A DNA stretch of 64,000 nucleotides from an uncultured virus (IMG/VR IMGVR_UViG_2660238585_000005) (Duplodnaviria; Heunggongvirae; Uroviricota; Caudoviricetes), in IMG/VR virus record IMGVR_UViG_2660238585_000005, one strand, 5' to 3'. Under the pieces are notes generated by a model that made no database searches, was not told the origin of the DNA, and worked only from the letters and a program-made list of their open reading frames with translations. Position numbers and translations under genes: made by a program. Positions within the stretch are counted from its first letter, which is position 1. Every line of letters begins with the position of its first letter. Positions 28,931 through 37,557 of the stretch are shown here, one piece after another.

Positions 28931-29386
28931 ATGTTTATAAAAAAATTAAGCATTGTATTTTCAATTGTATTAATTCTATTTGCAATAAATATAAATACAA
29001 CCTATGCATTTAATTCTCTAACTCCTCCACCCATTAGCAACGAATATATTAAAGAGTTAGAAATAATAGATAATTATATGTATTTATTAGTAAAATCTGT
29101 TGCTACAAAAAGCATTGATCCAGATAAAGTCAATAAAGACATTAGATTTATAGAAACATTAATCAATAATTTAACTATTCATACTTCAAAGCTTTCTAAA
29201 GAAGATAATGATATTATTCTAGCTATGCAGTCCATATTAAACTATTACAAAATTTCTATAATAAATATAAGAGTTTATATAGAGAAGAATGATTCAGATA
29301 GATTAATAGATTCTATTGCTTCTTTTTCTTTAGGTTATAACTCTTCATCAACTTTAAGAAACATTATAGGAAAAGCGAAACAATAA
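28931..29386 (+). CDS. Secreted helical protein (moron, opposite strand)
   Basis: AAGGAGGTG RBS before ATG 28931; signal peptide ending TYA. Confidence 0.75.
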   Translation: MFIKKLSIVFSIVLILFAININTTYAFNSLTPPPISNEYIKELEIIDNYMYLLVKSVATKSIDPDKVNKDIRFIETLINNLTIHTSKLSKEDNDIILAMQSILNYYKISIINIRVYIEKNDSDRLIDSIASFSLGYNSSSTLRNIIGKAKQ

Positions 29387-29459
29387 GTTCTCGCTTTTCT
29401 TATATAAATTACAACCTTATCTCTACTAGGCATTTTTTATCTTAATCTTAGATGTAAAC

Positions 29460-29591
29460 TTACCAAACTCTATATTCTCTTTTGAATACCTCTAAAGCTT
29501 CTAACCATGCTTCTTGTTCTGTTATACCTCTATCTTTGGCAATCTGCTTTGCTATGTCTCTAAGAATCTTGGCTGCTTCTATTATTCCCAT
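29460..29591 (-). CDS. 43-aa phage protein MGIIEAAKILRDIAKQIAKDRGITEQEAWLEALEVFKREYRVW
   Basis: Translated by hand; AGGAGTG RBS directly after the initiator gene. Confidence 0.7.
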   Translation of the reverse strand: MGIIEAAKILRDIAKQIAKDRGITEQEAWLEALEVFKREYRVW

Positions 29592-29605
29592 AGTTTATAT
29601 CACTC

Positions 29606-30289
29606 CTAATTTCCTTTTTTTGAACTTAACTTGTCTTTGCATATTTTATGTATATACTTCCAATATCCCTCGCTGCCTTTTGGTGATTTAATTGTTCCAT
29701 CTTCAACAGATATATCTACTGCTAAAACTATACTTTTTAGTTCACTATCAGATAATTTATACATACCTTTTATACTATTCAAATCTGTGGATAAATTTAC
29801 ACTAGTTACTCTATCAATAGATATAGTATTAGGATATGGTAATAGGGTATTTTGTTCGGGATTTAAATCCGTACCGTAAGGATTTATATCCGTACCCTCG
29901 GGATTTATTTCCGATAGCTTCGGATTTAAATCCGATGTCCTATAGTTAGTATCTATTAATAATTTATAGTTTCTACCTAGAGCATAATAAGAATACGTCC
30001 CTACTATTTTTACTGTTTTATGTTTTAATATTCCTATTTTGCACATCTTCTTTAGTCTTCTATAGACTGTATCTTTTTTCATCTTCGTAATAGGTATATC
30101 CTCTGTTACACCATCATACTTAATCCAATAGTACTTATCATCTGAAATAATCTTTGATATCATTCTTTCACTATCTTTAAATTTTACAAACCATTTTAGT
30201 ATCAATAGATCTCTATCATCTAATTCAAGTTCTATTGCTTTTTCTTGGCTAAATCCATGTATGCTATACTCCAAGAAACTCACCCCCAC
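29606..30289 (-). CDS. Replication initiator (winged HTH) with internal iterons
   Basis: N-terminal wHTH (KDTVYRRLKKM); 21-bp-period repeats mid-gene. Confidence 0.8.
   Translation of the reverse strand: MGVSFLEYSIHGFSQEKAIELELDDRDLLILKWFVKFKDSERMISKIISDDKYYWIKYDGVTEDIPITKMKKDTVYRRLKKMCKIGILKHKTVKIVGTYSYYALGRNYKLLIDTNYRTSDLNPKLSEINPEGTDINPYGTDLNPEQNTLLPYPNTISIDRVTSVNLSTDLNSIKGMYKLSDSELKSIVLAVDISVEDGTIKSPKGSEGYWKYIHKICKDKLSSKKGN
29859..29933. repeat. Four palindromic iterons GGATTTAWWTCC at 21-bp period (probable origin)
   Basis: Copies start at 29859, 29880, 29901 and 29922. Confidence 0.85.
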
Positions 30290-30427
30290 TTTATTTAAAT
30301 CTATTAATTTATAAGTTTTACTTGTAGTTATATCTATCTACGTATATAATTAAATTGGAATTTTTTATTGGGTCCTTCTGGACTCTTTTTTTTATTTTCA
30401 TTAAATTAATGTTTTGAAATATTGTAT

Positions 30428-30550
30428 TTAACAATGTTGCTTGTCCTCTTTTTGCTTATTATAAGCTTTTAATTCATCAAATTTATTATCTAGTTCTTGT
30501 CCTAAATAGCTATATTTTTTCATAAAACTTTGAAGTATTTTTATACTCAT
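30428..30550 (-). CDS. 40-aa hypothetical protein MSIKILQSFMKKYSYLGQELDNKFDELKAYNKQKEDKQHC
   Basis: Translated by hand; AGGAGTG RBS. Confidence 0.55.
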   Translation of the reverse strand: MSIKILQSFMKKYSYLGQELDNKFDELKAYNKQKEDKQHC

Positions 30551-30589
30551 TTAACTCACTCCTTGTACAAATTTTCATTGCCAAAGAGC

Positions 30590-30856
30590 CTAAGCTCCTT
30601 GTTTATCGTTATATTCTTTAATCGCTATTTCTTTAGCTTCTTCATAACTCAAACCAGTTTCTTCTAACTCCTTTGTTCTAATCCATATTGGGTAAGCTAT
30701 ACTCAATGCTTCATCCCCATATTTTTCTCTTTGTCTATCAAGTATCCATTTAGCTTTTCTTCTTTCTATTTCCTCAATCCAATATGGATCTTCTGGGTAA
30801 ACTACCTCAACTTTTATTTCTCTGCTTTTTCTTGGTGCCATTGCAACCACCCCCAC
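30590..30856 (-). CDS. Small early protein, candidate recombination directionality factor (likely start ATG 30841)
   Basis: Beta strand-Pro-helix pattern, position after cro/antirepressor, sporulation-type promoter; function is inference. Confidence 0.55.
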   Translation of the reverse strand: MGVVAMAPRKSREIKVEVVYPEDPYWIEEIERRKAKWILDRQREKYGDEALSIAYPIWIRTKELEETGLSYEEAKEIAIKEYNDKQGA

Positions 30857-30859
30857 TAA

Positions 30860-30889
30860 ATTTTATGTTTATTAAAAATTGTCCTATGC
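30860..30889 (-). promoter_or_regulatory. sigmaE-like promoter with embedded SpoIIID-consensus site
   Basis: GCATA-N17-CATAAAAT; TAGGACAATT fits WWRRACARnY; same motif at 62886-62915. Confidence 0.65.
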
Positions 30890-30892
30890 AAT

Positions 30893-31453
30893 TTATCTTG
30901 ATTTACTAACTTCCAAATCTACTTTTACAGTAACTTTTGATTTTTCAAGCTCTTCTCTTTGTTCTGCTATTACAATTGTTTTAATATAATTTCTCAATCT
31001 TAAAACCTCTAATTCTTCTTCTTTTTGCTTTAAAAGAATCTCTTTGCTTTCTAGCGTTTTATTTAATATGTTTACAGCTTTTTCTAAGATTACTTTTTCA
31101 TCGTCTTCGGTGGATATTGGAATATATCCACCAGTAAGTCGTATCTGTTTTAATATTTTCTTAATTTCCTTTTTTAGCTTCTTAGCTATAGGTTTTCTAC
31201 TTTGCATTAAAACTTCATAAAGTCCATCTTCTGTTAAAAACCACATTTCTCTGACCTGACCACTATAATGTATCGGTGAGGTTTGTTTTTCATCTTGGTC
31301 AACTGACTTTAACAGTTGACCAACTTTATCACTAGAGTATCCTATCCATTCAGCTACATCCTTTGCTAAAAATAATGGATTTTCTAAAGTTCCAAATGTC
31401 GTTATTTCTTTTCCAAGAATTTTTCTACTGTCCAATATCTCAAAGTTATTCAT
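30893..31453 (-). CDS. BRO-N domain antirepressor-like protein
   Basis: PLFLAKDVAEWIGY, LTEDGLYEVLMQSRKPIAK, IRLTGGY. Confidence 0.9.
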   Translation of the reverse strand: MNNFEILDSRKILGKEITTFGTLENPLFLAKDVAEWIGYSSDKVGQLLKSVDQDEKQTSPIHYSGQVREMWFLTEDGLYEVLMQSRKPIAKKLKKEIKKILKQIRLTGGYIPISTEDDEKVILEKAVNILNKTLESKEILLKQKEEELEVLRLRNYIKTIVIAEQREELEKSKVTVKVDLEVSKSR

Positions 31454-31475
31454 TTCAATCCTCCTTTATATTTTA

Positions 31476-31853
31476 AGAACATTTTGTTCTTTTAGTTTTC
31501 AAAAAAAATTTCATCAATTGTAGAATTTAATACTAAAGCTATTCTTTTTGCTAAAAATATACCTGGATTTTTTTTACCTCTTTCTATCATAGATATATAG
31601 TCCTTTGTAACTCCTACTTGTTCTGCTAACTCTGATTGAGTTAAATTTTTATTTTTTCTATAGAACTTTAAATTACTTTTATACATATCTCACCTCTTTT
31701 AAGAACTTTTTGTTCTCTTTATATTATATATGTTATAGAACTTTTTGTTCTTAGTCAAGTATTTTTAGAATTTTTTGTTCCTTTCGTTTGTATTTGTTTT
31801 TATATCTGTAACAATGTGCTATATTTAACTTATAAAATAGAACAATTTGTTTG
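31476..31853. promoter_or_regulatory. Five operator palindromes AGAAC-N5-GTTCT around cro/repressor
   Basis: Exact copies at 31476, 31702 and 31737; degenerate copies at 31767 and 31839. Confidence 0.8.
31492..31686 (-). CDS. Cro-like XRE regulator
   Basis: LTQSELAEQVGVTKDYISMIERG. Confidence 0.92.
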   Translation of the reverse strand: MYKSNLKFYRKNKNLTQSELAEQVGVTKDYISMIERGKKNPGIFLAKRIALVLNSTIDEIFFEN

Positions 31854-31875
31854 TTTTTTATGGAGGTAGAATAAT

Positions 31876-32283
31876 ATGTTCGGAGAAAGATTAAAAGCAT
31901 TACGAAAATCACTAAATCTTACACAAAAAGAACTTGGAGAAAAATTAAACGTATCTGGAAGGGTTGTTGGCTACTATGAATCAAATGATCGTTTCCCCGA
32001 TAAAGATACTTTAACAAAAATAGCAGATTTTTTTGAAGTCTCTTTAGACTATTTACTTGGAAGAACAAATATTAAAAATAGCACTAATATAGATTCATTA
32101 AAGATAGATGAAAATGAAAAGGATGTGGAAGAATTATTAGAAGAAACTATGTCTCAAATATTAGATCAAAAAGGTCTTATGCTTAACGGACAAATAGTTG
32201 ATGATAATGACCTTGTTCTTTTAAGAAATGCAATTAGAAATGGAATTGAATTAGCTAAAACAATGCAAAAGTCTAAGAAATAA
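31876..32283 (+). CDS. ImmR/CI-like XRE repressor
   Basis: FGERLKALRK..LTQKELG..SLDYLLGRT; divergent from cro. Confidence 0.92.
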   Translation: MFGERLKALRKSLNLTQKELGEKLNVSGRVVGYYESNDRFPDKDTLTKIADFFEVSLDYLLGRTNIKNSTNIDSLKIDENEKDVEELLEETMSQILDQKGLMLNGQIVDDNDLVLLRNAIRNGIELAKTMQKSKK

Positions 32284-32295
32284 GGGGGGTTAAAT

Positions 32296-32745
32296 TTGAG
32301 TAGTATTAAAAATACAGTAAATAATTTAGTAACTAAGTTTAAAACAAGAAATCCATTTGAATTATGTGACTACTTAAACATCCCTATTCTTCATGAACCT
32401 TTAGGAAATATTAAAGGCTTCTTTCAAAATACACTTAATACTCCTATAATTCATTTAAATTCTAATTTAGATGAACATGAGATTAAGTGTGTTATTTCTC
32501 ATGAGCTTGGTCATGCAATTTTACATAAAAATCTTAATGTTTGCTTTTTAAAGCACTATACATTTTCAGTTACAGATAGATATGAAAATGAAGCAAATAA
32601 ATTCACAGCGGAGTTATTGATAGATGATAATATGCTTATCGATATTATGGAGGTAAATAATCTAATTACAATTGATGAATTAAGTAAATACTTTTCTGTT
32701 CCCACAGAGTTTATTTCTTATAAGTTTACAAATCTTAAGTTTTGA
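32296..32745 (+). CDS. ImmA/IrrE-family metallopeptidase
   Basis: HELGHAILH...ENEANKFTAELL. Confidence 0.92.
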   Translation: MSSIKNTVNNLVTKFKTRNPFELCDYLNIPILHEPLGNIKGFFQNTLNTPIIHLNSNLDEHEIKCVISHELGHAILHKNLNVCFLKHYTFSVTDRYENEANKFTAELLIDDNMLIDIMEVNNLITIDELSKYFSVPTEFISYKFTNLKF

Positions 32746-32950
32746 ATAAGTAATGTTTAATAATTTAAGAATTATAGATATAATAAAAAAATCTATAAAA
32801 TTTATATTTTACTTTGATAAATGGCATTCTTATGGTATATAATTAGATTGTTGTTATTTTAAGGAATTCTTTACAATATATAGTTTTACTTATTGTTAGT
32901 TATTAAATGACAATTTTAATATACACTATAATTATGAAGGGAGATAGAAA

Positions 32951-33637
32951 ATGTATCCTTATTACATTTTAAATACAAATAATTTTCATAGCTTAATAGA
33001 TGGCTATACTCTTCCTGTGCAATGCACTTTAGATCAAGTTATTCAAAAAGATCCCTCTGTATCGTTTTTTAAAAAAGATATTCAAAATATAACTAATCAC
33101 ATAAAGTACGACTTAATATGTGAATCAAAGAAAGTTCAAAAAGGACGTGCTTATAACTCAGATGAAATATTTGATTATTTTATATCTATAGATGAGAAAA
33201 ATGCTTATTTCAATACTATCAATAATACATTTATAATAGTTTCATCTAGAAATATATTTAATTATTTTTATAGAAGTTTCGCTAAAACAAGTAGCAATAT
33301 TAATAATATATTTAATAAAATTGATGTAAATTTTGTTAAAATTATAGATAATCAAAATCATCTAGGTCTACAAGGAGTTTGGCTTGGTGATTATGGTGAT
33401 AATAATATTGATGCTCTTTATTTAATAGGTAACAAAATAGAAGACTCTTCCCAATACCAACAACTCATAGCAAAAGGGGCTACAATATCCAATGTAACTA
33501 TAGCCTATAATTACATGAACACTTTATATAAAATTATGTTAACAAGAGATGGTGGAGTTATTTTATATAGTAAACTAGAGCCAAGTGATGCCTTACCATT
33601 AATACAAGATATTTACAATAAAATTTTATCCATATAA
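32951..33637 (+). CDS. Hypothetical soluble protein (accessory)
   Basis: GAAGGGAG RBS; no family recognised. Confidence 0.8.
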   Translation: MYPYYILNTNNFHSLIDGYTLPVQCTLDQVIQKDPSVSFFKKDIQNITNHIKYDLICESKKVQKGRAYNSDEIFDYFISIDEKNAYFNTINNTFIIVSSRNIFNYFYRSFAKTSSNINNIFNKIDVNFVKIIDNQNHLGLQGVWLGDYGDNNIDALYLIGNKIEDSSQYQQLIAKGATISNVTIAYNYMNTLYKIMLTRDGGVILYSKLEPSDALPLIQDIYNKILSI

Positions 33638-33640
33638 ATA

Positions 33641-33672
33641 AAAAAGTAACCTATTATATAGGCTACTTTTTT
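33641..33672. terminator. Shared bidirectional terminator of convergent accessory genes
   Basis: AAAAAGTAACCTAT...ATAGGCTACTTTTT. Confidence 0.7.
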
Positions 33673-34393
33673 ATTTATATACTTTAAACTCTTTATTTAA
33701 ATCCTCTTTTAATGAATCTATAGATTTATTACTAAACTCTATGCTATCATTCGTTATTTCTATTTGTGTATCCCTTTCAGTTTTATAAACAAAATTTAAC
33801 ATACAACTTTTTCCAAAATTCCCAAAAAATTTTTCTACAAATGGATTTTTTATTAATTTTTCACTATCAAATAAAATCTTTAAATTGATTTGACTTTTCT
33901 CAAATTCTACTTGATTAAAAGATTGGCTTAAGCAATCATTTATTCTACTTATTCTTTTTATTAAATTTTTATAATTCAATTCATCTTCTATCTCAATATA
34001 AAGTTTTGACATTAAGTTATTATATTCTATCTCCACAGGGGTAGTGTTAAGTGTTATTATCTTCTTATAAATGCCATCACCTTCTAATGTATTCATTTCT
34101 TTTATATATTTTTCACCATATTCTTTACACATACAAGTGTATATCCTGTAAAATCCACCATCTTCTATATTGCACCCTCTATATGCTATGGAATATTTGT
34201 AATGAATATTTAAATTTTTAAACCTTAATAGTTTAAAATAGTTTTTTGGGATATTATAAAACATCGCTATTGCTGGAGCTGCTATCGGAGATAGGACAAT
34301 TATTGCATTTAATATAGTGTTATCAATTTTAAAAATATATCCTGCTAAAGTCGCTACTATAATTACAATTAGTGCAATTGTAGCGTCTCTCAT
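33671..34393 (-). CDS. Hypothetical protein with two N-terminal TM helices (accessory)
   Basis: AAAGGAG RBS; two hydrophobic segments followed by a soluble domain. Confidence 0.8.
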   Translation of the reverse strand: MRDATIALIVIIVATLAGYIFKIDNTILNAIIVLSPIAAPAIAMFYNIPKNYFKLLRFKNLNIHYKYSIAYRGCNIEDGGFYRIYTCMCKEYGEKYIKEMNTLEGDGIYKKIITLNTTPVEIEYNNLMSKLYIEIEDELNYKNLIKRISRINDCLSQSFNQVEFEKSQINLKILFDSEKLIKNPFVEKFFGNFGKSCMLNFVYKTERDTQIEITNDSIEFSNKSIDSLKEDLNKEFKVYK

Positions 34394-34899
34394 AAAACCA
34401 ACTCCTTTACTATTAAGTAAATTTTATATTTTATATTATAACACAAACATAAGTTCTTAAAAATATTATTTTAATTATTGACATATGTTTTTATTGTTAA
34501 ACTTATATCTATAAATAAAGCATAGGTATTTTGCATTTATAGATATACTTTATTTATACTATTAAGTATATAATTTTATTACATTATTTTGAGTAATATT
34601 TTGTATATAATGTAATATATTTGAAATTTATACATATAAATAAGATCTTATAAGTTTCTTAACTGGAATTTTTACCCTATATACAAACTGCTATTCCTTT
34701 AGTTATATTTCCTTAAGAATGATAAATACCGTTTTGGCATCTAAACAAATCACGATATCTATATCATCAATCGGCCTTAGTTTATTTTTTTAGCAAAAGA
34801 TCTAAACTATACACAATATTACCTTACTATATAATTATGCCAAACTTTTCTTTTGATCTTATATTTTGATATAATTATTTTATAAGGAGGTTTTATTTT

Positions 34900-36492
34900 A
34901 TGGTTGCTGCTATATACTCAAGAAAATCAAAGTTCACAGGAAAGGGTGAATCTATAGAAAACCAAATACAGCTTTGCATGGACTATGCTAAGAACATAGG
35001 AATTAATGAATTTTTAGTATATGAAGATGAAGGTTTCTCTGGTAAATCTATGGATAGACCAAAGTTTAAAGAAATGCTTAAAGATGCTAAAGATAAAAAA
35101 TTTGATTATTTAATATGTTATAGATTAGATAGAATATCCCGTAATGTTTCTGACTTCTCTACTCTTATAGAAGATCTAAATAAGCTTAATATATCTTTCG
35201 TATCAATTAAAGAACAATTTGATACTAGTACTCCTATGGGACGTGCTATGATGTATATATCATCTGTATTTGCTCAGTTAGAACGAGAAACTATAGCTGA
35301 GCGTGTTAGAGATAACATGTATGAGTTAGCTAGAACAGGAAGATGGCTAGGAGGTATGCCTCCATATGGTTTTATTAGTACTCAAATTAACTACTATGAT
35401 GAAAATATGAACCAAAGAAAAATGTATAAACTTAAAGTTGATGAAGATACAATAGAAATTGTTAAATTGATATTTGATAAATATTTAGAGCTTAGATCAC
35501 TTTCAAAACTTTATAAATATATGTATGAGAATGGAATTAAAGGAACTCGTGGAGGTAACCTTGATCCTAGTGCCTTATCTTTAATCCTAAAAAATCCAGC
35601 ATATGTTAAAGCTGATAAAAGTGTAGTTGATTATCTAAGAAAGTCTAATATAGATGTTATGGGAGATATAGACAATATACATGGTATCCTAACTTATGCT
35701 AAAAATACAGATAGTCCTATAGCTGCTGTTGCTAAACATAAAGGTGTTATAGATTCTGATAAATGGATTGAAGCACAAAGGCTACTTAATGCAAATAAGG
35801 CTAAAGCTCCTAGAGCTGGAACTGGAAGTAAGGCATTATTATCAGGTCTTTTAAAATGTTCTAAGTGTAGCTCTAATATGAGAATTACTTATAAAAACTC
35901 TAAAAGCGGCACTATCTATTATTACATATGTGGAACAAAGAAATCTTTAGGAGTATCAGCTTGTGATTGTAAAAATATCAGATCTGATAAGGCTGAGTCT
36001 AAAGTTATAGATGAATTAAAAAATAAAAGTATTAAATCTATAATGTCAAGTTATAAAGATAGCAAGTTAGAAAACTCTAAGAATATTAAAAATATAAAAA
36101 CTGAGATAAACTCAATAAATAATCAAATTAAAGAAAAAGAAACATACATTGATAATTTAGTTATGCAATTAGCCAAGGTTACCGAAAGCTCTGCATCTAC
36201 TTTTATAATCAATAAGTTAGAATCTTTAAATAATGACTTATCTAATTTAAAATCACAATTAGAATCTTTAAATACTATGTCTATGGAAAATAAGCAAGTT
36301 GATATTAATATAAATATGCTTATAGATAATTTAAATAAATTTAATAAAGAAATTGATACCTCTGATATTAATAAGAAGAGACTGTTACTATCTACAGTAG
36401 TAGATTACATGACATGGGACTCTGATACAGACACAATAAAAGTAAACCTAATAGGTATCAATCCAAGCAATACTATAGCTTCAGATAAATAG
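34900..36492 (+). CDS. Large serine recombinase (integrase of prophage 1)
   Basis: YSRKS catalytic Ser, RLDRISRN, PPYGF, Zn ribbon CSKC..YYIC..C, coiled coil. Confidence 0.96.
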   Translation: MVAAIYSRKSKFTGKGESIENQIQLCMDYAKNIGINEFLVYEDEGFSGKSMDRPKFKEMLKDAKDKKFDYLICYRLDRISRNVSDFSTLIEDLNKLNISFVSIKEQFDTSTPMGRAMMYISSVFAQLERETIAERVRDNMYELARTGRWLGGMPPYGFISTQINYYDENMNQRKMYKLKVDEDTIEIVKLIFDKYLELRSLSKLYKYMYENGIKGTRGGNLDPSALSLILKNPAYVKADKSVVDYLRKSNIDVMGDIDNIHGILTYAKNTDSPIAAVAKHKGVIDSDKWIEAQRLLNANKAKAPRAGTGSKALLSGLLKCSKCSSNMRITYKNSKSGTIYYYICGTKKSLGVSACDCKNIRSDKAESKVIDELKNKSIKSIMSSYKDSKLENSKNIKNIKTEINSINNQIKEKETYIDNLVMQLAKVTESSASTFIINKLESLNNDLSNLKSQLESLNTMSMENKQVDININMLIDNLNKFNKEIDTSDINKKRLLLSTVVDYMTWDSDTDTIKVNLIGINPSNTIASDK

Positions 36493-36535
36493 GAACTTTA
36501 ATACATTTATCTGAAGCTATTTCTATGTCAGATAA
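36475..36535. other. Prophage 1 right junction (att) region
   Basis: Perfect 16-bp inverted repeat 36475-36490/36505-36520, third TCAGATAA at 36528; host ATPase frame resumes at ~36507. Confidence 0.75.
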
Positions 36536-36698
36536 GGTCGCAGTTTTATCCAAACGTCCTGCATCTATAAAAAGTATCTATACTATAGATTTAAAAATAT
36601 CAGAAACTAGAACTCCTATAATATCAAGAAGTGCTGAAAATTTTAAAGACTATTTTAATATCTTGTGGAAGGAGATTGATTCTAGTGAAACAAAATAA
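36507..36698 (+). pseudogene. 3' fragment of NitT/TauT-family ABC ATPase (YtlC-like), split by prophage 1
   Basis: Hand translation LSEAISMSDKVAVLSKRPASIKSIYTIDL...YFNILWKEIDSSETK*, the segment that follows the THD H-loop. Confidence 0.88.
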
Positions 36699-37488
36699 TG
36701 TATCACAAGGTCATAAACAATATTTAAAATCGCTAAAAAAAGAAAAGAATCTAATCTTTTTTTATCAAATATTTATATTGGTTGGATTTATAGCTCTTTG
36801 GGAATTACTTGCTAGACTTAATATAATAGATGTATTTCTATTTAGCAAACCTAGTGATATTTACAATCTTTTTATAAAATATATTCAAAATGGAGAATTA
36901 TTTAAGCATATATTAATATCTAGCTATGAGACAATAGTTGGATTAGCAGTTGGTACAATTCTTGGAATATTAGTAGCTATAATGCTTTGGTGGTCAGAAA
37001 GATTATCTAAAATACTTGATCCATTTTTGGTTGTACTAAATGCACTTCCTAAAACAGCATTAGCACCAATTTTAATAGTTTGGGCTGGAGCTGGTGTAAA
37101 TGGAATAATAGTTATAGCTATTACTATATCTGTTGTTGTTACTATATTATCCGCCTATAATTATTTTATAAGTGTTGATGAGGAAAAAGTCAAAATGCTT
37201 AAAAGTTTTGGAGCATCAAAACTTCAAATTCTTACAAAATTAATATTTCCTTCTAACATAGGAAATTTAATAAATTTAACTAAAATTAATATAGGTATGG
37301 CTTGGGTTGGCGTAATAGTAGGTGAATTCTTAGTATCTAGATATGGACTTGGGTACTTAATAGTTTATGGTGGCCAAGTTTTCAAATTAGATTTAGTAAT
37401 GATGGGAGTAATAGTATTAGCCCTTTGTGCTTTAATTATGTATCAAGTTTTAAATATAGCAGAAAAAATTTATAAAAGTAAAAGATAA
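36685..37488 (+). CDS. NitT/TauT-family ABC permease (YtlD-like); GTG start after GGAG
   Basis: LNALPKTALAPILIVW, AWVGVIVGEFL, GLGYLI. Confidence 0.92.
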   Translation: MKQNNVSQGHKQYLKSLKKEKNLIFFYQIFILVGFIALWELLARLNIIDVFLFSKPSDIYNLFIKYIQNGELFKHILISSYETIVGLAVGTILGILVAIMLWWSERLSKILDPFLVVLNALPKTALAPILIVWAGAGVNGIIVIAITISVVVTILSAYNYFISVDEEKVKMLKSFGASKLQILTKLIFPSNIGNLINLTKINIGMAWVGVIVGEFLVSRYGLGYLIVYGGQVFKLDLVMMGVIVLALCALIMYQVLNIAEKIYKSKR

Positions 37489-37505
37489 AATTTAATATAA
37501 AAACA

Positions 37506-37557
37506 AAATAACTGAGTTCAAGTTTATTATAAACAGGCTTGAGCTCAGTTATTTTTT
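37506..37557. terminator. Bidirectional terminator between permease and nitroreductase
   Basis: AAATAACTGAGTTCAAG...CTTGAGCTCAGTTATTT. Confidence 0.8.

Larger units (their letters stand above)
1..36520. mobile_element. Prophage 1 (cos-type, HK97-like head, siphovirus tail, large serine integrase); left end lies before the window
   Basis: Lysis, tail, head, packaging, replication, immunity and integrase modules in order. Host ATPase 3' fragment starts right after the integrase; its 5' half is not in the window. Confidence 0.92.

Noticed and set aside
29482..29691. 69-aa plus-strand ORF
   Set aside because: Shadow of the minus-strand 43-aa gene and the initiator end.
29859..29933. CRISPR mini-array (also 60349-60402)
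   Set aside because: Periods of 21 and 15 bp inside initiator coding sequence, with no spacers or cas genes; these fit iterons.
36631..36684. Extended N-terminus of the permease in the ORF track
   Set aside because: It overlaps the ATPase 3' fragment; GTG 36685 has a GGAG RBS.
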